DNA of 62,396 nt, from positions 1-62,396 of the forward strand of contig DBYP01000012.1 in NCBI GenBank assembly GCA_002309885.1, given 5' to 3'. The notes beneath the pieces were generated by a model. It did no database searches. It was given only the letters and a program-made list of their open reading frames with translations, and was not told the DNA's origin. The DNA comes from Verrucomicrobia bacterium UBA1183. Its GTDB lineage: Bacteria; Verrucomicrobiota; Verrucomicrobiia; Opitutales; UBA9783. Both the position numbers and the translations under genes were made by a program. Shown here one piece after another: positions 45,389 to 54,930 of the stretch; position 1 is the first letter of the stretch, and each line of letters starts with the position of its first letter.

Positions 45389-47107
45389 CTACGATTCCTT
45401 GGATGCACTTTCCGCCAAATCTACAGCCGCAAACCGCAACAAGGTTGACCAGCCGGTTAAGCCACGTTTTACCTGTTCCCAACCGTTCTGATAAAGCGTC
45501 CGCATACCTTCTTCTTGTGCAATTTTCTTAATTTCGAAGGCGGATTCGTTTTTGACAATAGCCTCATGGATTCTGTCGGACACATTCAAAACTTCAAAGA
45601 TACCAATACGTCCTTTATAACCCAAATTGCGGCACATATCACAACCATTGGGCTCGCGAATGAGATGTGCATTTTTCATTTCCGAAAGTGGAATTCCCAA
45701 TTGCAACATCTGAGCTTCAAGCTTTTTCGGATCCATGTCGATCGGTTTGTTGCAATGAGGGCACAATTTTCGAATCAAACGCTGCGCTAAAATCAATTCA
45801 ACCGAAGAGGTTACCAAAAAGGGTTCAATGCCCATATCTACGAGACGGGTTAACCCACCTGCGGCATCGTTCGTATGCAAAGAACTCAACACTAGGTGTC
45901 CCGTTAATGAGGCACGAATGGCAATATCCGCGGTTTCTTTATCACGAATTTCTCCGATCATAATGACGTCGGGATCTTGACGTAGAATACAACGCAACGC
46001 GCTTGCAAAATTGAAGCCAATTTCGCTGTGGACTTGGGATTGGTTGACGCCTTCGATTTCATATTCAACAGGATCTTCGACCGTTATGATGCGTCGCTCG
46101 GGGGTGCGAATACGTCGTACGAAAGCACTCAACGACGTAGATTTACCGGATCCTGTGGGTCCTGTTACCAAAATAATACCGTGGGGTTTGTGAATATTTT
46201 GATCAATAACCTTCAGATCGCTTTCCAAAAGGCCCAGTTCTTCCAAAGTTACCGGACGATTGCCTTGGGTAAGAAGACGCAAACTGACGCTTTCACCATA
46301 CATGGTTGGCAATGTTGATAGACGAATGTCCAGCTCAATGGGGCCAGAACTGAAGCGGATACGACCATCTTGCGGCCGGCGTTTTTCGGAAATGTTCAAC
46401 CGCGCCATAATCTTTAAGCGCGAGATAATTGCCGCTTGGAACTTAACCAAATTATCGGGCAGTCTTACCGGAACCAATTGACCATCGATACGATAGCGAA
46501 TCTGGATAGAATTTTTCTGTGGTTCAAAATGGATATCGGTAGCACGATCCGAAACCGCTTTTACGATAATTTCATTTACAAACCGGATGATCGCTGCATC
46601 TTCGTCTTCTTCAACATTCTGCTCTTCTTCGGTTTCAGCAGTTTGTTCGCCATCGATGCTGTCTGAACCAACACCAAAATTTTGAATGATGGTATTGGTT
46701 ACATTGCGTGCATAAGTAAGATACCAAACGATTTTGCGTCCGCAAGCAATTCCTATCCAACGAACCATTTCTTCGGTAGGAGGCCATACGGTCACCAAAT
46801 GCAAACAATCTTCTTCGATAGAATTCTCAATTTTTATCGGTAAACATTGATACTCATGAATCAACCGTAGGGGGATGGTCTCATCAGCATGTTCTAAAAT
46901 TTGGAATTCATCCAAGAAAGGTAAATTGCAATCATTCGCAATCTGACGACAAACATTATCTTCCGAGCGATCCAATAGTTCCGAAAGATGCTGCATGCGT
47001 TCATATGGGGGAAGTGACAAAAGGTTTTCCTTTTGACTTTTATCTAACAAGTCTAGCGTCTTAGGAATACGAACTTCGTAGGAATACAAAGGATTATTCT
47101 GTGTCAT
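45389..47107 (-). CDS. gspE: type II secretion system ATPase E
   Basis: 572 aa. Walker A VTGPTGSGKSTSL, Asp/His boxes (DPDVIMIGEIRD, TGHLVLSSLHTNDA) and a tetracysteine motif (CPHC...CDMC). Confidence 0.9.
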   Translation of the reverse strand: MTQNNPLYSYEVRIPKTLDLLDKSQKENLLSLPPYERMQHLSELLDRSEDNVCRQIANDCNLPFLDEFQILEHADETIPLRLIHEYQCLPIKIENSIEEDCLHLVTVWPPTEEMVRWIGIACGRKIVWYLTYARNVTNTIIQNFGVGSDSIDGEQTAETEEEQNVEEDEDAAIIRFVNEIIVKAVSDRATDIHFEPQKNSIQIRYRIDGQLVPVRLPDNLVKFQAAIISRLKIMARLNISEKRRPQDGRIRFSSGPIELDIRLSTLPTMYGESVSLRLLTQGNRPVTLEELGLLESDLKVIDQNIHKPHGIILVTGPTGSGKSTSLSAFVRRIRTPERRIITVEDPVEYEIEGVNQSQVHSEIGFNFASALRCILRQDPDVIMIGEIRDKETADIAIRASLTGHLVLSSLHTNDAAGGLTRLVDMGIEPFLVTSSVELILAQRLIRKLCPHCNKPIDMDPKKLEAQMLQLGIPLSEMKNAHLIREPNGCDMCRNLGYKGRIGIFEVLNVSDRIHEAIVKNESAFEIKKIAQEEGMRTLYQNGWEQVKRGLTGWSTLLRFAAVDLAESASKES

Positions 47108-47682
47108 CTCCTACCTTTTGTTAATTTTTTTGGTAAAATATCCTCATCGTCATCATCATCCTCGAGATCAGATAAAAGCGAAAGCCAATCCGTTCCACTG
47201 GTGTAAGATGAAGTACTTGAGTTTGCGGAATTCAAATTAATTTCCTTCTGTCGGATGTTAATTAAATTACCGCTGAAGGAATCTTGGACGACAAGCGTTT
47301 TATCTACCGGATAGAAATTCCAGAAAACAAGGCCATAGGTTTCATCCTTAATACGATTGTCCGAACTTAGCCAGAAAGGTTTTTCTTTGGTTTTCTCCTT
47401 AAGCGAAAATTCTTGGTGATCAGGATAGACAACAACGCTTAGGAAGTCAAAATCTGAAGAATTTTCGATGTTTTCCGCAAAAGATTTTCCGGATTTAAAT
47501 GGAACGAACGGATTGCGCTGAAGCAAATTGTCGGACATTTGACTCTCACTGCTTTTTTCGGGAGAAACAGGAGTAATTTCAGAAACAGGAGTAGCCTCCT
47601 CTGCAAACCCCAGCGGAATGCAACTGCACAACAGAAGTGATGTTTTTAACCAGTTCATTGCCTTACTTATGCTTCTTTTCAT
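47104..47682 (-). CDS. PilP/GspC-like secretin-associated protein (putative)
   Basis: 192 aa. Signal or lipoprotein-like leader (LLLCSC), the motif QRNPFVPF, a beta-rich core and a poly-Asp tail (DLEDDDDDED). It sits between the secretin and the ATPase and overlaps both. Confidence 0.45.
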   Translation of the reverse strand: MKRSISKAMNWLKTSLLLCSCIPLGFAEEATPVSEITPVSPEKSSESQMSDNLLQRNPFVPFKSGKSFAENIENSSDFDFLSVVVYPDHQEFSLKEKTKEKPFWLSSDNRIKDETYGLVFWNFYPVDKTLVVQDSFSGNLINIRQKEINLNSANSSTSSYTSGTDWLSLLSDLEDDDDDEDILPKKLTKGRR

Positions 47683-49891
47683 GTGACCGCGAGTGCTTTT
47701 TCTTTAATTTATGGTGCTTCTTGTGATGTTTTTTGCTTTTGCTTTTGGAAACACTTTTATCTTCTTTGGCTTTTAAGCGCTTTCCGTGCAGGGTAGGACG
47801 TGTTACATGGCGACGTTTCTTAGCTTGGAAAATGTCTTTCTTTGAAAAATTTCCTGTATCCACATAGGAGTCTATCTCCTCTTGTGTTTCTGGAACGAGC
47901 GTCTTGCGATATTCGTCCGAATTCTGTTGCGCATCTGTTTCGTTGTTTAGCAAGAATGGACGGATAAAGATAATCATCTCGGTAACGTGCTCTTCCTTAG
48001 ATTTGCTGGAGAATAAAGCATCGCCAATCAATGGAATATCGCCAAAAATGAACATTTTCTTCTTTGAGTCGGTGATTTCTCTTTTCTTGAGGCCAGCTAA
48101 GACCAACATTTCTCCGGATTTTACAGAAACGAAAGATTTGGCTTCACGACGGTTGATGTAAGGCATAGACAAAGTTCCGTTACCAACCGGTGCCGTTTCT
48201 GTAGAGAAACTATCTACTTTTTGATCGATTTCCAACTGAATCATACCGTTAGTTCCAATAAGCGGTTTTACGGTTAGCTCGATACCTGCATCAACTTTCT
48301 CAATTGTACTATTAGAAACATCGGCGTTTCCTGCATCCGAAGTTTTTGTCTGGACACTGGTCAAATAGGGACGTGTTTCCATAATCTTCAACAATGCTTC
48401 ACGTGCATGCGTTGTAAGCAAGGTAGGAGAAGAAAGAATGGAAACATTGTTATTTGATTTTGCAGTGTTGATAACAGCAGCCATGCCGAATTTCCTGAAG
48501 GTTAAAGGATCAATCTTAAATATTGGATTTCCGGATTTTGCAGCCCCCGTAATCTTCATCTTGTTAGAACTTGTTGGAGTATCATTAGCACCTAAATTGG
48601 TGTAGCCAAAAGATTCTAAACCGCTAGCTTGCCCTCTTGTCAGCGCTACTTCGGCGATGACGACCTCGATGCGAACCTGCGGCAAAATGACATCCAGCTG
48701 ATTAATCAGATTTTGGATTTGACGAATATCCGATGGTGTTCCGCAAGCTACGATAGCGTTCAAACGTTCGTCGCACTCTAAGGTCAACTGCTTGCTGAAA
48801 GCATCATTGTTAGTATTATTCGCTTTCTGAGCATATCCTGCAGCACTCTCGCTTTGTTTTTGCTGCTGCATCAACTTCTTAATGAGCTCGGTAGTATCTT
48901 TAGCCGATCCATGTTGAATACGGAAAACGTGATGCTGTACGAGCGGATCTACATTAACATCGAGCTTTTCAACAAACTTACGAATAAGTTCTTCATTGCC
49001 TTTGGGGGTAACGACCGTGAAGAGGTTCGTTGCTTTGTCTGCTGCGAAGCTTGTGGTTCCATAGAGATAGCACTTGAGGGCACCACTACGTAGGTCTTCG
49101 AAATTGCTTTTCAAGCTTTCTGCGCTCGCATTCTTGGGAGTAAAGAACATAATCGATTCCTTAACATCGCCGACTTTATCGATCTTTTGTAAAATTTTGT
49201 CCAACTGCTGCAAGTTGCTCAACATATCGGTAACGAACAGGCTGTTTGCCTTATCTAAAGTAACGATGGAAGACGTAAGCGGAGTTAGCCATGGCATAAT
49301 GGTACGAGCACCATCGCGTGCCGTCATGTTATTTAGACGGAACAAACAACAGCAAATTTCTTGGCTGCCCGGGCGTTGATGTAAAGCTTCACGGGCAACA
49401 ATTTCGGGGGATGTGCTCTTCGCTCGATTGCTGGGAACAACGCGCAATGTCTTGTCGTTGACGGGGGTAACGGCAATGCCATTGGCGGAAAGTAAGCTCT
49501 TCAAAACGGATATCGCTTCTTCTTTAGACAACGGCATTGGGATATTCAGATTGAACGTTGCCTTGGGCATGTTATTGCCGATGATAATAATTTTATTGGT
49601 CCACTTTTCCAACAACGTCAACACATTCTCAAGGGGTTCATTGACAAGCGTTAAGGCGTTGATAAACGGCTTTGCTTTGGAAGTAGTCACAACTCCGTAC
49701 GCTTCAGTCGGTGCCGCTGCAACTGCTGAATGGACTCCATCCTCGTAGTAATCATCTTCTGAAATGGAAGTGGAGGTATCGATTCCCGGTGAGGTTTGTA
49801 CCAAACCTGCTCCTATGAACAAGGCGCCCATCAATGCGGTTGTGATCGTAAAGTGGGTTAACAATTTCTTAGATTCGTTTTTATTTTCCAT
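47663..49891 (-). CDS. gspD: type II secretion system secretin
   Basis: 742 aa with N-domains and a secretin C-domain (MFIFGDIPLIGDALFSSKSKEEHVTEMIIFIRP). It also carries an unusual ~50-aa Lys/His-rich C-terminal tail. Confidence 0.9.
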   Translation of the reverse strand: MENKNESKKLLTHFTITTALMGALFIGAGLVQTSPGIDTSTSISEDDYYEDGVHSAVAAAPTEAYGVVTTSKAKPFINALTLVNEPLENVLTLLEKWTNKIIIIGNNMPKATFNLNIPMPLSKEEAISVLKSLLSANGIAVTPVNDKTLRVVPSNRAKSTSPEIVAREALHQRPGSQEICCCLFRLNNMTARDGARTIMPWLTPLTSSIVTLDKANSLFVTDMLSNLQQLDKILQKIDKVGDVKESIMFFTPKNASAESLKSNFEDLRSGALKCYLYGTTSFAADKATNLFTVVTPKGNEELIRKFVEKLDVNVDPLVQHHVFRIQHGSAKDTTELIKKLMQQQKQSESAAGYAQKANNTNNDAFSKQLTLECDERLNAIVACGTPSDIRQIQNLINQLDVILPQVRIEVVIAEVALTRGQASGLESFGYTNLGANDTPTSSNKMKITGAAKSGNPIFKIDPLTFRKFGMAAVINTAKSNNNVSILSSPTLLTTHAREALLKIMETRPYLTSVQTKTSDAGNADVSNSTIEKVDAGIELTVKPLIGTNGMIQLEIDQKVDSFSTETAPVGNGTLSMPYINRREAKSFVSVKSGEMLVLAGLKKREITDSKKKMFIFGDIPLIGDALFSSKSKEEHVTEMIIFIRPFLLNNETDAQQNSDEYRKTLVPETQEEIDSYVDTGNFSKKDIFQAKKRRHVTRPTLHGKRLKAKEDKSVSKSKSKKHHKKHHKLKKKHSRSHEKKHK

Positions 49892-50438
49892 TTAAAATAT
49901 CCTTTAATTGAAGTGAACAAAGTGAGAAATCAACCTCCAAAAGTTCAGGATTGAACAAGTTGCCATGCAATTTTACCTTTTCTAAACTTAAGTAAGGTTT
50001 CTTTTGATAAATAGCCTCTTCCAGTTTTATCAAATCCGCCAATTTCGCATTTTCGCAATGTAGTTGCAAGGTATGGATGTTGAAAATATCGCTATTGCGT
50101 GTTCTTGGAGAGGACATCGAATAATTTAAGCCATAGCCGCGAATGATATCTTCGACTTCTCCAGCAAAATTCGCCCCTGAAAGCGTCTTCTGCGGATCCA
50201 TAACATTTAGGACTTTTTCGAGATTTGTTCCTATAATCGCTTTGTTCCTTATCCAGAAACGATGATTTTTTATCTTCGCATTAACAAATTTCCAATCTTG
50301 AAATAAGCTGCGAGTTTGTTTAAAACAGCCGCTTACCCAAAACAAGCTCAAGAATAGGACAAATATGAACGGGAAAAACTTTTCGCGATAATTGAGAAGC
50401 TTATAACGGGATACGATTTTTTCCACTAAATGCTTCAT
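49881..50438 (-). CDS. GspM/PilO-like assembly-platform protein (positional call)
   Basis: 185 aa with a single N-terminal TM segment (FFPFIFVLFLSLFWVSGCF). It follows the GspL-like gene and overlaps it. No sequence motif, so the call rests on size, topology and position only. Confidence 0.4.
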   Translation of the reverse strand: MKHLVEKIVSRYKLLNYREKFFPFIFVLFLSLFWVSGCFKQTRSLFQDWKFVNAKIKNHRFWIRNKAIIGTNLEKVLNVMDPQKTLSGANFAGEVEDIIRGYGLNYSMSSPRTRNSDIFNIHTLQLHCENAKLADLIKLEEAIYQKKPYLSLEKVKLHGNLFNPELLEVDFSLCSLQLKDILNGK

Positions 50439-51586
50439 AATGTCTCCTCCAGATTTAAAAAGTAATGTCCCTGTTTCTCCTTGAAATCACACGATAATCT
50501 AAATTTCGTACCTTGAGAAGATACATTAAGATTATCAACGGTTACGGCTTCAAAGGAACCCGAATCGAGTAAATCTTGAGAAAACTTTTTTACCGCCATA
50601 GCGGTTTCCGAAACCGCTTCAACAATGATATTATGCTCATTATCGATCGTAGCTGCCGTAAAGTAAATATTGTTTGGACGATAAGAATTCAATAAACCCA
50701 AAAGCTCAAACGGTCGAATTTCTTGCTCTATCATCGCTTGCATTTGACGAACCAGCGAATCCTTTTCTTCAATCTTTCGAGCAACCGGCTGAAGACGCTT
50801 ACGTACTTTCTGTTTCCAAAGCAGTCCCAACTGTCCTACACACAAAATAGCTTGGAATAAGATCGCAAAAGCAAGTAGTCCGCAAGACCATTTCATGCCT
50901 TCTTCAGATAAATGCGATATGCTTTGCTGATGCTTTAGCGTTTTAAGCAATTCTTTTTCGCGTATATCTGCCAGCCAAAGATCTTCGCGGTTGATGTGTG
51001 TTGTAACTTCCGAAGAATCACCTTCTTCAGTTTGTTCCAAATAAATACATTTATACCGATTTTTATGCCCTAACACTAGCTCTTGAACGGAGATGCGACG
51101 AAGCGGGAGCGTAATGTGTTGATCCGTCAAAAAAGTTCTCAAAGAAGCGCAATCATCAAAATCCTTCGAAAGGAACGCTATCGGCTCACCATTGGCAACA
51201 AGACTAACATGCTGATCGTGTGAGAAACAGCAACATTCGCCTTCTTTAGCCAACAACATCGCGAAAGCGGCACAAGGCAAAACATGTTTTCCATTGTCAA
51301 TTTCACCCAAATGTCCTAGGATCCGATCTTTCAAGCCGGCGTACCAAACCCAACTGCCGCTAGAATTTCCTGCAGGAACGACGCCCCACATCAGCTGTTC
51401 TATCGGGAACGGAGAATTTTCTACGATTTGATTAAAAACCGTTTCAAGTAACTTTTTGTTGGATAATTTGCTATCGGTTTCAAACTTCCTAAAAAAGAAT
51501 AAATCATCGGGAACAAAGACAAAATCTAAACCGTTTTGTGGCTGAACAACTGCCGCTGGGGCCGAATCTATGGGTTTCTCTTCCAT
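50435..51586 (-). CDS. GspL-like assembly-platform protein (positional call)
   Basis: 383 aa with a cytoplasmic N-domain, one central TM segment (WSCGLLAFAILFQAILCVGQLGLLW) and a periplasmic C-domain. It lies between the gspK-like and gspM-like genes. Confidence 0.45.
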   Translation of the reverse strand: MEEKPIDSAPAAVVQPQNGLDFVFVPDDLFFFRKFETDSKLSNKKLLETVFNQIVENSPFPIEQLMWGVVPAGNSSGSWVWYAGLKDRILGHLGEIDNGKHVLPCAAFAMLLAKEGECCCFSHDQHVSLVANGEPIAFLSKDFDDCASLRTFLTDQHITLPLRRISVQELVLGHKNRYKCIYLEQTEEGDSSEVTTHINREDLWLADIREKELLKTLKHQQSISHLSEEGMKWSCGLLAFAILFQAILCVGQLGLLWKQKVRKRLQPVARKIEEKDSLVRQMQAMIEQEIRPFELLGLLNSYRPNNIYFTAATIDNEHNIIVEAVSETAMAVKKFSQDLLDSGSFEAVTVDNLNVSSQGTKFRLSCDFKEKQGHYFLNLEETL

Positions 51587-51589
51587 ACC

Positions 51590-52720
51590 TTACAAGAAAT
51601 TTTCGCTTACCGACTTAATGACGACACTACAACGTCCCTTCATGTCTATTAAATGATTTTTTGACCGTTTTGTCAAGCTCTCTTTAGAAGTAGCTTCTAT
51701 TTCAAGCAAAGCATTTAATTGGAAGGAAACATCTGCCTCTTCTACTAGAATGCGTGCTTTGAGGGTATGGGGTTGAATGGTCAGGTAAGAAAGCGCGTCT
51801 TCTTTTTGAAAACTTTCTTTAGTGGATGCTTTTGTTTCATTATTTTGTTTTTGACGATTCAATGTGAGATTAGCATGTCCCAATTCATTCATCTCGCGCA
51901 ACGATTTATACCTTTGCGGATTTTTTGCGGATTCTTCTGTAAGCCCCAAATGATTTTCGATTTTATCCAAATCCAAAAAGAAACTTTTGCTTAGTACCTC
52001 CAAAACATCTTTGTTAGCGCTGTTGATATTGACTGCACCTGTATTCCATAACGAACTGCAGGCTTTCAAGCGTTCCATTTTATCGTTCGGTTGTCCTTTT
52101 TCATCAAAGAAAAATTCCCTAAATTTATCAATTTCCCGCAATTGATCGTAAGATAACAGTATTTTCGGAAATTTTACTTTATTATCAGGTTTATCTTTTG
52201 AAGCTTCTGAAACACTCGTACGTGCATGAATTCGTCGCTTATCTTGAACCTCCCATTGATTAAGATCGATGAGGTTGCTCGCGCTGTCCTTTCGAGAGAG
52301 CCACTGCCAATATTCGCGCATCAATGTCTGCCCATCCCAAAGGTCGCCAAAGAGACAAAACAGGGCCTTAAGGCGTTGTTGGGTGGTATTGTTCAAGGGA
52401 ATCTTGCCCGATTCATCGACCAAATTTACTTGAATTTTGATCGATTCTGGCAATGCTGCTTGCAAGCTGGGCAACGAAAAACGTTTTATGTCGATAATCT
52501 GATCACAAATCACTGCATGTTCTAAATGTCCGATGAGTGCGTCTAAAGCATTGTAAGCGTGGTGTCGCAGCGCATCTTTCCCTTGCAACTGTATGCGCAT
52601 AAAGGTATCGCGCATGACATCATTTAAGAAAAGACTTACGATTGTCGATAGCACCATTAGCATTCCCAAAACGAGAATCAATACAGCGCCACGAATAGAA
52701 TTTTTATTTCCGCGTATCAT
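51590..52720 (-). CDS. gspK: type II secretion minor pseudopilin K
   Basis: N-terminal RGAVLILVLGMLMVLS without Glu+5, a large size (376 aa) and GAVNINSANKDVLEVL (the INxNTA-like helix-hairpin-helix motif) are typical of GspK. Confidence 0.7.
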   Translation of the reverse strand: MIRGNKNSIRGAVLILVLGMLMVLSTIVSLFLNDVMRDTFMRIQLQGKDALRHHAYNALDALIGHLEHAVICDQIIDIKRFSLPSLQAALPESIKIQVNLVDESGKIPLNNTTQQRLKALFCLFGDLWDGQTLMREYWQWLSRKDSASNLIDLNQWEVQDKRRIHARTSVSEASKDKPDNKVKFPKILLSYDQLREIDKFREFFFDEKGQPNDKMERLKACSSLWNTGAVNINSANKDVLEVLSKSFFLDLDKIENHLGLTEESAKNPQRYKSLREMNELGHANLTLNRQKQNNETKASTKESFQKEDALSYLTIQPHTLKARILVEEADVSFQLNALLEIEATSKESLTKRSKNHLIDMKGRCSVVIKSVSENFL

Positions 52721-53531
52721 CTTTCTCCTTTTCCTTCTTTGAATTTTGGGATTTATCGGAATCTTTTTCTGCTTTTTTGCAGAAATCGTTGCGGATGGGA
52801 ATGAAACGTTCGGCTTCGAACTCTTCCTGCTTAAATTTCAAACGCAAACCATCCGGCCGTTGACAGAAATCTTTTTCAGCAAACTGCTTGCAATATTGCT
52901 CCAACGACTTTGTAAATTCCCATAATCCCTTGTCAGGATTAAAGTGTGCGTATTCGAGCGAGATTACATAAGGACTTAAAATGAGGCATTTTTGAATCGT
53001 TTTATCGGTCTGTTCGACGCCATCGCTCAAATGTTGTTTTACGATTTCAGGCGATTCCAAAATTAAGCATAATCCGTTGGAGGTTAGTACTAAAGCGACC
53101 TCGTACACGATACTCGATTTTTCTGTTGGTATAACATGGAAAAAGGGGAGTGATTTGCAGGAAAACATTCCCAATACCCATGGTCCGTTTAAAAGGGCGT
53201 TGTTGGCTGTTAACTTTGTGCAATGGAAGCAACTCGTCGACATATCGCTATCCTTTTTTACAGTACTATTCTTTTGAATTTCGCCATCCTTAGAGGTATC
53301 TGAAGCGGGTGTTTTTTTGCTAGGTATATACTCGAAAGCATTAAGTCGGTTGTACAAGAACCGTGAGCAGTTATCGACATGTTCAATAAAGCTTTCGTAC
53401 GGCGTTTTCTTGACCTGCCATACCTGCACAAAACTTACGAATAGCGACATAATCGCCGTTAGGATCAAGCCTCCCAACGCAAGCGAGATAACCACTTCAA
53501 CCAGCGTAAAGCCCTGTTGGCGCTTATTCAT
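52704..53531 (-). CDS. minor pseudopilin (GspJ-like by position)
   Basis: Prepilin N-terminus MNKRQQG/FTLVEVVISLALGGL. 275 aa. Confidence 0.6.
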   Translation of the reverse strand: MNKRQQGFTLVEVVISLALGGLILTAIMSLFVSFVQVWQVKKTPYESFIEHVDNCSRFLYNRLNAFEYIPSKKTPASDTSKDGEIQKNSTVKKDSDMSTSCFHCTKLTANNALLNGPWVLGMFSCKSLPFFHVIPTEKSSIVYEVALVLTSNGLCLILESPEIVKQHLSDGVEQTDKTIQKCLILSPYVISLEYAHFNPDKGLWEFTKSLEQYCKQFAEKDFCQRPDGLRLKFKQEEFEAERFIPIRNDFCKKAEKDSDKSQNSKKEKEKDDTRK

Positions 53532-53955
53532 ACGATATTTCTTTCTCCTTGCAATTGCGCGACAAGAATTCCTCCTTTTCTTGTTTTGTCATCCAATCTG
53601 ATTGATGAATTAAGAAAACCATACGTTCATCTTCGCCCTTAAGTTGAACATTGATCTTGAATAGGTTCCATACACCGGTAAATTCCACAGAGCCATTCCA
53701 GGATACTTTGGTCTCATTATTCGGGTAATAAATAATGTGATCCAAAGCCACTTTTTCACGCGGCATAGATTTTAACTCGCTTCGAATGATTTGATAGAGT
53801 AGGGGACGGAAATCTTCTTTGCCCAACTGTGTTTTACAGATTAACCCATTCAGAAAACTTTGCGTAAGCACCATAATAGAAATGGCGAACAATGAAAGTG
53901 CTACAATGACTTCCATGAGCGTAAATGCTTGATGTTTCTTTACCTTATTCACCAT
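53524..53955 (-). CDS. minor pseudopilin (GspI-like by position)
   Basis: Prepilin-like N-terminus KKHQA/FTLMEVIVALSLFAI. 143 aa. Confidence 0.6.
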   Translation of the reverse strand: MVNKVKKHQAFTLMEVIVALSLFAISIMVLTQSFLNGLICKTQLGKEDFRPLLYQIIRSELKSMPREKVALDHIIYYPNNETKVSWNGSVEFTGVWNLFKINVQLKGEDERMVFLIHQSDWMTKQEKEEFLSRNCKEKEISYE

Positions 53956-54434
53956 TGTGCCGCCTTCAATTCTCCCGTAAGCATATCGATTTCGTACTTT
54001 TCATGATCCTCACCATAAGCAATATCGATGAACGTGGAGGCAATAAAGCCTTCCTCATTGATCGCTATCGTTGTGCATGGTTTTTCGGAAGGTCTAAACT
54101 TACCCTCAGGGGTTAACACTCCTGGAATAAGTTTGCATTGAACGTTAATGTCTTGCTTCGGGAAAGGGAAATTTTGCAAAACTTCGTCATTGCTTTTCTT
54201 TAACACAAAACCTTTTTCATCCACCGAAATACAGAGCGCTTGATGAAGTTGGTGTGCAGATAAACGCGCCTGTTGGAGCGCTTCCTCCAGGATCGCTTTC
54301 GGATGTGGATTACCGCCCGAAAACGCGGTTTGTATCGAATCGAAATGCAATACACACACGGACGATATCAATCCAAGCAACGCTAGAACAAACAATATTT
54401 CTATTAGAGAAAATCCGAGAACTTTAGGACGCAT
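53949..54434 (-). CDS. minor pseudopilin (GspH-like by position)
   Basis: Prepilin N-terminus MRPKVLG/FSLIEILFVLALLGL. 161 aa. Confidence 0.6.
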   Translation of the reverse strand: MRPKVLGFSLIEILFVLALLGLISSVCVLHFDSIQTAFSGGNPHPKAILEEALQQARLSAHQLHQALCISVDEKGFVLKKSNDEVLQNFPFPKQDINVQCKLIPGVLTPEGKFRPSEKPCTTIAINEEGFIASTFIDIAYGEDHEKYEIDMLTGELKAAQW

Positions 54435-54436
54435 CC

Positions 54437-54895
54437 TTAATCATCATCGTTATTATCTTCGGTATTCCAATTGCCGATATCGTCGTCATCGCCACTTTGT
54501 CCACCGGGTCCCATCGACCAAATGTCGTAGCTATTACGGTTATGAACGCCCGGATAGCGGTATTGGTAAGGATTTCCCCAAGGATCTATCAAACCTTCGC
54601 TGTCTTTGATATACGGACCTTGCCAACGGCTGGATTTACCCATAGGAGCCTTCAACAACGCTTTCAGACCTTCCTCGGTTGTCGGGTAATTGCCCACGTG
54701 CGAACGATAAGCCATCAGCGGTACGTCAACCGTCTTTGACACGAACATTGTGGCGATTTTCTTTTGCCCACCACCAAAAATGGTATCGAAATTTGTGACA
54801 ATTAACCCCAAAAGCATACCCATTAGGGCTATAACGATAATAATTTCCATGAGCGAAAAGCCCCTACAATTAGCCAGTTTTAAATTTCTCTGCAT
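54437..54895 (-). CDS. gspG: type II secretion major pseudopilin G
   Basis: Prepilin leader ANCRG/FSLMEIIIVIALMGML, plus GPYIKD...DPWGNPYQYRYPG...YDIWSMGPGG, which is the GspG consensus. Acidic tail. Confidence 0.88.
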   Translation of the reverse strand: MQRNLKLANCRGFSLMEIIIVIALMGMLLGLIVTNFDTIFGGGQKKIATMFVSKTVDVPLMAYRSHVGNYPTTEEGLKALLKAPMGKSSRWQGPYIKDSEGLIDPWGNPYQYRYPGVHNRNSYDIWSMGPGGQSGDDDDIGNWNTEDNNDDD

Positions 54896-54930
54896 GCTAA
54901 TATTGTACTCTAAGCAAAAATATAAATCAA

